This document shows positions 56,602-64,000 of a stretch of 64,000 bases of DNA, in pieces. Numbering within the stretch: the first letter of the stretch is position 1; each line of letters starts with the position of its first letter. Location: NCBI GenBank assembly GCA_043821265.1, contig JBDRCY010000026.1:2813-66812 (forward strand), read 5' to 3'. Source of the DNA: Chloroflexota bacterium (GTDB taxonomy: Bacteria > Chloroflexota > Dehalococcoidia > Dehalococcoidales > JBDRCY01). The notes under the pieces are model-generated. The model was not told where the DNA came from. It searched no databases and saw only the letters and a list, made by a program, of their open reading frames with translations. Position numbers and translations under genes: made by a program.

Positions 56602-57501
56602 TTAAACCCTCTCTATCGGCTTGGTGCCAAAGAGGCCACTCGGCCGGATAAGCAGTACCAGCAGGATTATCATCATACCAAAGATAGTCTCGAACCCGGG
56701 GAGGTAAGGGCTGATATAGTAGCCGGCTAGGTTCTGTCCGATGGCCAGGATGAGCCCGCCGACGATGCAGCCGATGAGTGAATCAAGCCCACCGATGAGT
56801 ACTACTGCCAGAACAACCATGACCAGTTCGGACAGTGTCATGCTGACCCCTCCCACCGAGGCGATGAGAATGCCGCCGACGGTAGCAATCACGGTGCACA
56901 TGACCCAGGCAATCTGTGAATTTAGCTCGGCGCTAACGCCCAGACACCGGGCGGCGGCTTGGTTATCATAGGCGGCTCTCATAGCCAGGCCTAACTTGGT
57001 GCGCCGGAAGAAGAGGACAAAGACTATCAGCGCTATTACGGCTAGAATAAAGCTCGCGATATATTCCTTGGACAGTACAATGGCACCCAGATTGACCGGT
57101 CCCTTAGGCAGGGTTGTAGCCAGGGCTAGTGTTTTAGGGCCCCAGATGGTCATCACGGCGCTGTGAAGTATCGCCATAAGGCCGAGGGTGAGTATGAAGG
57201 TGGCGAATAGCGGCCGGCCTATCATACGTCGAAACAGGAGGCGTTCTACGGCCAGGCCGAAGACGATAGCGGATATCAGGGTTAGTAAAAGGGCCAGTGG
57301 TAGGGGTAGCCTCGGTGCGTTGGGAGAGCCGATAAAGGTCCAGGCCAAAAAGGCACCCAGCACGGCGAATTGCCCGTAGGCGATGTTGAAGACATGGGCG
57401 CTACGGTAGGTAATGACGAACCCCAGGGCGATGAGTCCGTAAACGCTGCCCACCAGTATTCCGGACAGGATTAGTTGCAGTAGTATAGTCATCGCGGCCA
57501 T
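56602..57501 (-). CDS. livH: Branched-chain amino acid ABC transporter permease
   Basis: 299-aa polytopic permease. NIAYGQFAVLGAF is typical of LivH. Confidence 0.85.
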   Translation of the reverse strand: MAAMTILLQLILSGILVGSVYGLIALGFVITYRSAHVFNIAYGQFAVLGAFLAWTFIGSPNAPRLPLPLALLLTLISAIVFGLAVERLLFRRMIGRPLFATFILTLGLMAILHSAVMTIWGPKTLALATTLPKGPVNLGAIVLSKEYIASFILAVIALIVFVLFFRRTKLGLAMRAAYDNQAAARCLGVSAELNSQIAWVMCTVIATVGGILIASVGGVSMTLSELVMVVLAVVLIGGLDSLIGCIVGGLILAIGQNLAGYYISPYLPGFETIFGMMIILLVLLIRPSGLFGTKPIERV

Positions 57502-58311
57502 TTAGTTCTCTCCCTGACTGGTTACTCCGCCGAGATAGGCAGTGGCGACACGGGAGTCCTGACAGATTTCTGTGGGCGTACCCTCGGCGATAATCTTGCC
57601 GTAGTCCAGGACGATTATGGAGTGCGAAAGCTCCATAACCACGCCCATATCGTGCTCGACGAGGATAATGGTCATTCCCTGCTTGTGCATGTTTAGAATG
57701 AGCTCGCTCATGACCTCCTTCATCGCATCATCAAGGCCGCTCATCGGCTCGTCAAGGAGGATGATTCCGGGTTGCATGGCTAAGGCTCGGGCGATCTCGA
57801 CCTGCTTGCGTTGGCCGTAGGACATGGTGGCTATCGGCCTCTTGCGCAGTTCCTGAATGCGGGTGAAGGATATGATGTTCTCCACCATCCGGCGATTGCT
57901 AAGTTCCTCCCGGCGGCTTCTCCCGAAGTAGAGCATGGCCTCAAGTATGGTGGCCTTGGTGTGGAGGTAGCGGGCGGCCATCAGGATGTCCAGTGCGGTC
58001 ATATTGGGATAGGTGGTGGGGTCCTGAAAGGTGCGGCTTATACCTCGACGGGCTATCTGGTGTGGTTTTAGCCTCACTATGTTCTGGCCTTCGAAGAGTA
58101 TGCGGCCTCGCTGTGGGTGGTAGTAGCCGGTGATGCAGTTTATCAGACAGGTCTTACCAGCACCGTTGGGTCCGATTATAGATAGGATACGTCCTCTTTT
58201 GACCTGAAAGCATATTCCATCGATAGCCTTGATACCGCCGAAATGTAGCTCTAGGTCCTCGGCGGCCAAGACGATGTCATCTTTTGTCTGTTCCATGCGA
58301 AAGTCGACCAA
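57502..58311 (-). CDS. livG: Branched-chain amino acid ABC transporter ATP-binding protein
   Basis: 269 aa. GPNGAGKT, MSYGQRKQVEIARAL, LLDEPMSGL. Confidence 0.85.
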   Translation of the reverse strand: MVDFRMEQTKDDIVLAAEDLELHFGGIKAIDGICFQVKRGRILSIIGPNGAGKTCLINCITGYYHPQRGRILFEGQNIVRLKPHQIARRGISRTFQDPTTYPNMTALDILMAARYLHTKATILEAMLYFGRSRREELSNRRMVENIISFTRIQELRKRPIATMSYGQRKQVEIARALAMQPGIILLDEPMSGLDDAMKEVMSELILNMHKQGMTIILVEHDMGVVMELSHSIIVLDYGKIIAEGTPTEICQDSRVATAYLGGVTSQGEN

Positions 58312-58327
58312 AAATTAGCTAATCCGG

Positions 58328-58354
58328 CCTATACATAGAGTATCTAGGTATAGG
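58328..58354. promoter_or_regulatory. Near-perfect 11-5-11 copy of the ATACCTAG-N5-CTAGGTAT palindrome upstream of livG
   Basis: CCTATACATAG-AGTAT-CTAGGTATAGG (10/11 complementary). It lies 12 nt downstream of a minus-strand TTGACA(58395-58390)-18-TACCCT promoter-like pair. Confidence 0.5.
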
Positions 58355-58431
58355 CGATGATTTTGAGGGTAGCATGGAATAAAAGGGGTTGTCAAGGAAT
58401 GGGGGTGTGTCTGTAGCCTGCAGGACAGGTG

Positions 58432-58461
58432 TTGACAATTGCTACCTAGGTATGGCTTAAT
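58432..58461 (+). promoter_or_regulatory. Promoter-like element of the tubulin-like gene, with TACCTAGGTA in the spacer
   Basis: TTGACA (58432-58437), 18-nt spacer containing CTACCTAGGTATGG, then CTTAAT (58456-58461). Confidence 0.4.
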
Positions 58462-58463
58462 AG

Positions 58464-58488
58464 TTAAGTAATAGTGCGTATTACTTAA
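58464..58488. promoter_or_regulatory. Perfect 10-5-10 AT-rich palindrome immediately upstream of the tubulin-like start codon
   Basis: TTAAGTAATA-GTGCG-TATTACTTAA ends 4 nt before the ATG at 58493. No purine-rich Shine-Dalgarno is present. Confidence 0.55.
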
Positions 58489-58492
58489 AGTA

Positions 58493-59674
58493 ATGAAACT
58501 GATAGTTATTGGCTGTGGACAATGCGGTGGCAGGATTGCCGATGAGTTTGCTCGGTTAAATATACGGGCGCGTGCTGAGCGTGGCATAGAGATTATTACC
58601 GGCGCATACGCCGTAAACACCGACGTAGCTGATTTAAGCGGTCTATCCAATATTAGGCGCGATTATCAACACCGGATCTTAATCGGCAATCAGAAGACCG
58701 GCGGGCATGGCGTCGGTAAGATAAACGAACTTGGCGCCGAGATAGCTATGGATGATGGCGACAAGGTTATTGACGCCATCAGGACCACACCACACTTCAA
58801 TGAGACGGATGCCTTCCTGATTGTCTCCAGTGCGGCGGGCGGTACCGGTTCCGGGGCGATACCGACACTGACCAAGAAAATAAAGGAGCGTTACGTCTTA
58901 AAACCGGTCTATAATCTTATCGTGTTGCCCTTCCTGCATGAGGAGGCGACGGAGGAGAGGACGACCTATAATACGGCCACCTGTATTAAGTCGGCTTACT
59001 TGGCGGCTGATGCCATATTCCTGGTGGATAATCAACGGTTTGTTAAAAAGGACTTTCCCATTAAGGACAACCTGGCTAAAATCAATAATGCCGTGGTGAG
59101 TCCTTTTTACAACCTGCTCTGTGCCGGAGAAGAGAAGAAGGCGCAATATATCGGGGCTAAGATGATCGATGCTGGCGATATAATACAGACCCTGGTCGGC
59201 TGGACGGTAATCGGTTATGGCCGGACGACAACGCCGGGGTTCAAGTTCTCCTTCGGCAAGAAGGGTGATGATTTCAGGGATAAGAGCAGCGAGTCACATC
59301 GGGGAACTAATGCCTTACAGGGAGCGATAAATGACTTATCGCTTAAGTGTGACCCGACTGATGCCAGGAGATGCCTGTATCTCGTCTCCGGGCCACCCAA
59401 GCAAATGAGTATGGACATGCTAAGTAATCTGGCCTCGTTTACCAAAGGCATAGCCCCGGAGTCTATCATAAGGAGCGGTGATTATCCCAGGGGTAAAAAC
59501 GCGATGGGCGTTACCGTAATCCTATCCGAGCTCATCAATGTGAGCAAAGTCATGGACTACTTCGCTAAAACGATTGAATATATCCATGCTGCTAAGCGGA
59601 GATGGGGAACGGTTGACCGCCGGCAAGAGAGTATCCAGGATATCTTCAAGGATATTCCCTCGCTGCTGGGCTAG
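58493..59674 (+). CDS. Tubulin/FtsZ-superfamily GTPase, tubulin/CetZ-like rather than canonical FtsZ
   Basis: 393 aa. T1 loop GCGQCGGRIADEF (compare beta-tubulin GQCGNQIGAKF), T4 signature AAGGTGSG, FLVDNQRF (tubulin-type DN), T7-like KMIDAGDIIQTL. Confidence 0.75.
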   Translation: MKLIVIGCGQCGGRIADEFARLNIRARAERGIEIITGAYAVNTDVADLSGLSNIRRDYQHRILIGNQKTGGHGVGKINELGAEIAMDDGDKVIDAIRTTPHFNETDAFLIVSSAAGGTGSGAIPTLTKKIKERYVLKPVYNLIVLPFLHEEATEERTTYNTATCIKSAYLAADAIFLVDNQRFVKKDFPIKDNLAKINNAVVSPFYNLLCAGEEKKAQYIGAKMIDAGDIIQTLVGWTVIGYGRTTTPGFKFSFGKKGDDFRDKSSESHRGTNALQGAINDLSLKCDPTDARRCLYLVSGPPKQMSMDMLSNLASFTKGIAPESIIRSGDYPRGKNAMGVTVILSELINVSKVMDYFAKTIEYIHAAKRRWGTVDRRQESIQDIFKDIPSLLG

Positions 59675-59723
59675 CAACACCTAGTTTTCCACCAAGAAAT
59701 ATCAACTATCCGGTACGCCTTTG

Positions 59724-60215
59724 TTAGCTGGTAACCTTGGTAAAGGTGTTCCAGGCCTGGTCCAGGATTCTAGTACGCTCTTGCCAGGCTTCTTCAAGAG
59801 TTTCGTTACGGGTCTTTAGGGCCTGTGCCACCTTCTCTTCGTAAGTCGTCTTGGTTTGTTCTCTGGCCTTATTGAAATCCATCTCGGCCTGTCGTTCAGC
59901 CTCAGCGTGGGTACTCCGGGCTTCCGCTATGGCCTTTTCGCAGCCTTCATTGATTTTCCTTTCCGCTTCCTTGTAGGTGGCCTCGACCTCCTGCTCATTT
60001 TCCCGGTATGCCCGTGCCACGTCTTTTTGGGCATTCATGTAAGCCGTATAGGCTCTCTCAGCCTGGGCTAGAACATTATCTAGCGAACCCTTGGCCTTAG
60101 CCAGTTCGGCAGCCACCGGTTCTTCTGCCGGCTCTTCAGTTGGTGCGGCGGGACTCTGGATTTCCTCTACTGGCTCCGCAGTTTCCTTTTTCCCCTGTAT
60201 CCTAGGCTCCGTCAT
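59724..60215 (-). CDS. Acidic coiled-coil protein, function unknown
   Basis: 163 aa. Pro/Glu-rich N-terminus, then uninterrupted heptad-like Ala/Glu/Lys/Arg helix. No TM helix or signal peptide. Confidence 0.55.
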   Translation of the reverse strand: MTEPRIQGKKETAEPVEEIQSPAAPTEEPAEEPVAAELAKAKGSLDNVLAQAERAYTAYMNAQKDVARAYRENEQEVEATYKEAERKINEGCEKAIAEARSTHAEAERQAEMDFNKAREQTKTTYEEKVAQALKTRNETLEEAWQERTRILDQAWNTFTKVTS

Positions 60216-60297
60216 GAGATACCCCCCTATTTTAATTTGACTTAAAAATTTACCTTGGTAGGGTAGATTAATTTTACCCTAATTCGGTTTGTTTGGC

Positions 60298-62121
60298 TTA
60301 GTCCGGCTCTTCTTCGTCCTCCTCCGGCGGTCTGTTTTTACGGGCCGCATACATTCTTGTCAGGCTATTCAAGCGGTCCTCGATGGTCTTACTAAAATCG
60401 GCGCTCTCCGAGTCTTCCTCTTTTGTTTTGCTGCTCTCAGTCCTGGTAATCGCTTCTTCGGCTATTCTAACCGATGGCGACTTGGAGCCTGGGGTTGGTT
60501 TATTAGGCTTGGCGCTGGCGGTTATACGCTCCTCGGCAGGTTTTATTTCCGCTTTTGTCGGCCTTGGGGGTGCGCCTGTCACTTCCGCCTCACCGATAAG
60601 CTCCTTAAAGGTTCTTCTTGATGTCTCGATGTCCTCGGTGGCTACTCGGTGTATATTCTCAATCTTACCGGTGGTTTTCTGAGATGCCACCATAGCTGAC
60701 TGAACGGATTCTTCGGCGGCTTTACTGGCTTCTTCGATGCCATTTAGTGCTTTCGTAAGTGCTTCCGCCGAGGCTTCCGAGAACTCCCTGGTGGCTCTTC
60801 GCGACACCTCGGCAGCTTTTCTGGCGATTGATATGGCGGCTTCAGCAGCCTCCTGGGCTGACCTGCTTATGCCCTCGGCCCTGGCTATCGCTTCCTGTGA
60901 AGTCTTGGTTGACATCTCAACAGCTTCTTTGGCGGTAGCTATCGCCAAGTCGGCATATTCCTTGACCGCTTTGGTGGCCGCTTCGGTGGTCTCATGGGCC
61001 GACCGGCCTATTTCCTCGGCCCTGGCTATCGCTTCCTGGGAGGCTTTGGTAGCTGCCTCGGCGGCCTCCTGGGCCGACCGGCCTATTTCCTCGGCCTTGG
61101 CTATCGCTTCATGTGAGGCCCTGGTGGCTATTTCGGCGGCCTCATTGGCTGTACTATCTATCGCCTTGGCCTTGGCCATCATTTCCTGTGAGGCCCTGGT
61201 AGCGGCTTCCACGGCAGCTATGGTGGACTTGCCTATTGCCTCGGCCTCGGCTATCGCTTCTCTAGCGGCTTTTACGGCCGTCTCGGCTGACTCATTGGTA
61301 GTGCCTATTATTTCCTTAGCCCTGGCGGCTGCTTCCTTGATGGCCCTTTTCGAGTCGGCGGCGGTCTCTTTGGCCCATTTGACCGTTTCCTCAGTCTTTA
61401 GTGCTACCTCTTCTTGTGCCTTCCTGGCATCTTCGGTCGCCTGTACCGCATGTTTGCTGCTCGATTCGGCCAGGCTTATGGCCTTTTCGAATGCTTTTTT
61501 GGCGGCCTCCACCGATTCTTGAGAGGACCGGGCTAATCTGTCAGCCGTGCGTATGGCTCCCAGTGATGCCTTTTTCGAGGCCTCGGCCGCATCCTTGGCC
61601 GTCCGGCTTGTTTCCAGGGCTATAGTGGTGGCTTCATGCGATGCTGTTATCGATTCTTCGGCAATATTCCTGGCGGCTAGACCGGCCTCTTGCGCCTTGT
61701 TGATAGCCTCGTCTGATATCCTTATCGCTTCCTCGGCAGCTTCCTTGCCCTCAATGGCTGTTTTCTCGGCCTTACGGACGGCCTCGGTGAACTCGACTAT
61801 TAAGGTATCGGAAGTGGTCTTGGTCGCTTTGATTATGTCCTCGGTATTCCTGATGGCCTCCTCGAGCTTGGCCCTTAATGACTCGCTGGACTCTTTGGCC
61901 CACAGGCTTACTTTGTCGGCCTTGGATACCGCTTCCTGTGAGGTGACGGTGGCTGCCTCCGCGGCCTTAAGGGTGGACCTGCTTATGGAGTCAGCCCTGG
62001 CTATGGCTTCCTGAGCGGCAATTACTGATGCCTCAGCCGCATCTTGAGCAACCTTGCCCAGCTTTTCCGCCCGGGCCACCGCTTTGGCGAATACTCCGCC
62101 GTCTTTCTCTTGTTCGGCCAT
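60298..62121 (-). CDS. Ala/Glu-rich helical repeat protein (about 20 tandem 25-residue units) with a disordered acidic/Pro-rich tail
   Basis: 607 aa. Units such as EAATKASQEAIARAEEIGRSAHETT and EIATRASHEAIAKAEEIGRSAQEAA. This is the only uninterrupted frame across the region. No signal peptide. Confidence 0.7.
   Translation of the reverse strand: MAEQEKDGGVFAKAVARAEKLGKVAQDAAEASVIAAQEAIARADSISRSTLKAAEAATVTSQEAVSKADKVSLWAKESSESLRAKLEEAIRNTEDIIKATKTTSDTLIVEFTEAVRKAEKTAIEGKEAAEEAIRISDEAINKAQEAGLAARNIAEESITASHEATTIALETSRTAKDAAEASKKASLGAIRTADRLARSSQESVEAAKKAFEKAISLAESSSKHAVQATEDARKAQEEVALKTEETVKWAKETAADSKRAIKEAAARAKEIIGTTNESAETAVKAAREAIAEAEAIGKSTIAAVEAATRASQEMMAKAKAIDSTANEAAEIATRASHEAIAKAEEIGRSAQEAAEAATKASQEAIARAEEIGRSAHETTEAATKAVKEYADLAIATAKEAVEMSTKTSQEAIARAEGISRSAQEAAEAAISIARKAAEVSRRATREFSEASAEALTKALNGIEEASKAAEESVQSAMVASQKTTGKIENIHRVATEDIETSRRTFKELIGEAEVTGAPPRPTKAEIKPAEERITASAKPNKPTPGSKSPSVRIAEEAITRTESSKTKEEDSESADFSKTIEDRLNSLTRMYAARKNRPPEEDEEEPD
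60700..62060 (-). repeat. In-frame 75-bp tandem repeats inside the 607-aa gene (approximate limits)
   Basis: The best-conserved neighbours are 60996-61070 and 61071-61145. Their first 40 nt differ at one position. Other units are more diverged. Confidence 0.7.
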
Positions 62122-62387
62122 GTTGCTTAAGGTTTCCCCAAAATCTTACTCGAAGGCTTTGTGGCTAACGGTAAAACGCCCGTCTCCGTCGGCTCATTAG
62201 GATAACATTCTACGGCAAAGTGCTTTATTTTTCAATAGCTATACGGAAATTGCTCCGGTACAGATTAATTTAGAAAGGGCTGAGCATCTTTCAATTTATT
62301 TAAAGCAGGTTATAGTCTAGTTGAAACAGCCTTGAATTGCAATAGGATGTATTAAATTCGCCAAAAGCCGGAAACCAATTATTATGT

Positions 62388-63125
62388 TTATCGAGGTGGG
62401 CGCTCTTGATCGTAGGCCGGCTTCGTATGTCTTCTAAGCAGGCCTAAGAACTCGATAATCTGGTCGCCGGTGCGGAACTTCGACCGGTCGTATCTCTCCC
62501 AATGGACTATTTCGGCGGCACCTCTACGGTAGGGGGGTGCTGGTTCGTAGGCCGGGTAGCCGACAGGGACTACGGTATGAATCAGTAAGATTGGCGGCAC
62601 ATCCAGCAGGGGCTTGAGCAGTTGCTCCCACACCCCGCCGACGGTGACCCATTGGGCGCCTAACCCCAGGGCCGCCGCTGCTAGGATGAGACTATAAGTA
62701 GCGTTGCCTATGTTCTTCTGGTATGTCCCATCAAGTCCGCCTTCTCCTCCGATAAAGCGTCCCGACAGGACGCTTGCCTGGTACGTCCTCCGGTCGCCGC
62801 ATACCACGATGAGGACCGGGGCATCCTTGAAACCGGGCAGGTCATCACGGGGGAAGCTTAACTGATGATGCCTCAACTCTTCCACCCTCGTCTGCTCTAT
62901 AAAATACGATTCCTTAAGAACCTGTCGATAAAGCTCGGCCATTGTCTGTTTGGTCTTGGGGTCTTTGATGATGATGAATTCCAAGGGTTGGGCATTGGCT
63001 CCGGATGGCGCCCAACGAGCGGCCTCAATCATTTTTTCCAGGTACTCATCCGGGATAGGGTCTGGTTTGAATCTACGTATACTCCTTCTGGTTCGTAGTA
63101 GGTCAAGAAGCCCATCTATTTTCAT
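62388..63125 (-). CDS. Nitroreductase-family FMN oxidoreductase
   Basis: MKIDGLLDLLRTRRSIRRFKPDPIP start at 63125, preceded by GGAGGT. WAPSGANAQP. The longer ORF to 63197 has no Shine-Dalgarno. Confidence 0.85.
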   Translation of the reverse strand: MKIDGLLDLLRTRRSIRRFKPDPIPDEYLEKMIEAARWAPSGANAQPLEFIIIKDPKTKQTMAELYRQVLKESYFIEQTRVEELRHHQLSFPRDDLPGFKDAPVLIVVCGDRRTYQASVLSGRFIGGEGGLDGTYQKNIGNATYSLILAAAALGLGAQWVTVGGVWEQLLKPLLDVPPILLIHTVVPVGYPAYEPAPPYRRGAAEIVHWERYDRSKFRTGDQIIEFLGLLRRHTKPAYDQERPPR

Positions 63126-63261
63126 GGCTATTACCTCCAATCCGCGACTAGCGGATGCCAATCCTATCGGCCTTATAGAATCCCAATGCCGGTGCATCTT
63201 CCTGTCTAAAACTTACCCTCTTTAGTTTGAGCCGCCATACGATTTCCCCTTTAATAGTGAC

Positions 63262-64000
63262 TTAAACAATCTCAGTTGCACCAGTAATCAAAGTATTGCC
63301 GTTTGGCAACCTGTTAGCATCCCTTACCGGCACGTTGTCTTCCCTGAACCCGGCAGATTGCCAGACAATCTTGCCCGTCTCCGGGTCAATCTCTACTGCC
63401 CGGTGCGGTGTACGGTGGTTGGTGAGCAGTATATTGCCCCCGGGAAGGACTTCCGGGTCGTGCTGGTGGCGCAAAATACCCTCTCCGATAGTTCTGACTA
63501 CGGTCCCCTGAGGGTCAACTTCAACCAAAAAATCGAAATTCCGGGGACTAATCAGTGTATTGCCGCTTGGTAGTCTGGTGACGGCATTGGTATGAGTCCA
63601 GCCTTGGTTATATACATCCTTATAGGGTGACCTGTTAAAGTGATCCCTGGCATACCAGGACCAAATAATCTCCCCTTCCGGGCTGATTTCCTTCACCTGA
63701 GCATCATCTATCTGGTCTCCACCTCCAAATACTACTAAGGTATTGCCATTGGGCAGGCGGTCGGCGTCATGGGATACCTTCTTGTCCCGGTATGTCCAGA
63801 CGGTATCGCCGTTACGATTAATCTCATGCACACCATTAAGCGGCAGTGTAAACAGTATATTATTGTTCGGCAGCCATTCCACATCGAATCCCGGGTTGGT
63901 AAACTGCTTCAGTCTCTCGGGGATCCGGTACTCCCAGATAATTTCGCCCAGCATATTGACCTCTATTATTCTGGGTTCGTCGCGGTTGTGGTTGTCAGCC
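63262..64000 (-). CDS. Beta-propeller repeat protein (arylsulfotransferase/ASST-like), 5-prime partial at the window edge
   Basis: Repeated RLPNGNTL / RLPSGNTL / VLPGGNIL blades. The reading frame stays open upstream of the Met at 63954 to position 64000 (...ADNHNRDEPRIIEVNM...). Confidence 0.6.
   Translation of the reverse strand, partial: ADNHNRDEPRIIEVNMLGEIIWEYRIPERLKQFTNPGFDVEWLPNNNILFTLPLNGVHEINRNGDTVWTYRDKKVSHDADRLPNGNTLVVFGGGDQIDDAQVKEISPEGEIIWSWYARDHFNRSPYKDVYNQGWTHTNAVTRLPSGNTLISPRNFDFLVEVDPQGTVVRTIGEGILRHQHDPEVLPGGNILLTNHRTPHRAVEIDPETGKIVWQSAGFREDNVPVRDANRLPNGNTLITGATEIV

Noticed and set aside
60737-62014. Plus-strand ORFs (261 and 155 codons) through the repeat region
   Set aside because: They are Ala/Ser-rich mirror frames of the repeat gene, broken into several pieces. 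Only the minus strand is open across the whole 1.8 kb, with a plausible start and a non-repeat tail.
60700-62060. Possible CRISPR-like or satellite array suggested by the 75-bp periodicity
   Set aside because: The units are contiguous with no unique spacers. They are diverged and all in one reading frame (25 codons each). They are coding repeats.

Overview
This is a 64-kb chromosomal segment. By hand count, sampled coding stretches are about 55-60% G+C and the first 240 nt about 39%. The gene content points to an anaerobic, non-proteobacterial bacterium (Rnf complex, split archaeal-type glutamate synthase, FabL, many flavin/Fe-S oxidoreductases), but I cannot assign a taxon from sequence alone. 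Gene order, left to right: IS1595 transposase remnant; ferredoxin::CDGSH Fe-S protein; orphan PAS histidine kinase; TRAP transporter (dctPQM); OYE/Fe-S/FAD enoate-reductase-like enzyme; a tight nitrogen operon (ferredoxin, hisH, FAD oxidoreductase, glutamate synthase domain 1, hisF, glutamate synthase domains 2 and 3) followed by glnB-glnA; apbE plus rnfCDGEAB; a patch of flavoenzymes with a decayed PrpD/MmgE gene; a fatty-acid operon (hot-dog pair, plsX, acpP, fabL, fabF, fabG, two degV); a 5-gene operon joining a GlcDEF-like flavo/Fe-S dehydrogenase to a UbiU/UbiV-like U32 pair; radical SAM, hydrolase and phosphoesterase genes; an EgtD-type methyltransferase convergent with a molybdopterin-oxidoreductase::cysteine-desulfurase fusion; a third degV; a Liv-type ABC transporter; a tubulin/CetZ-like GTPase; two coiled-coil proteins, one built from 25-residue repeats; a nitroreductase; and a partial beta-propeller protein. 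No rRNA, tRNA, CRISPR array or intact mobile element was seen. The most interesting observations are: (1) the EgtD plus MopB::NifS pair, a candidate O2-independent ergothioneine route, with a 1-nt frameshift in a homopolymer; (2) the flavo/Fe-S plus U32-pair operon; (3) a recurring ATACCTAG-N5-CTAGGTAT palindrome at three TTGACA promoters (fab operon, third degV, livG), suggesting an undescribed lipid regulon; (4) the tubulin-like GTPase with a palindrome where the Shine-Dalgarno should be, next to repeat proteins; (5) hisH and hisF interleaved with the glutamate synthase genes. All calls rest on reading motifs by eye. No database search was possible, and start codons are best guesses.
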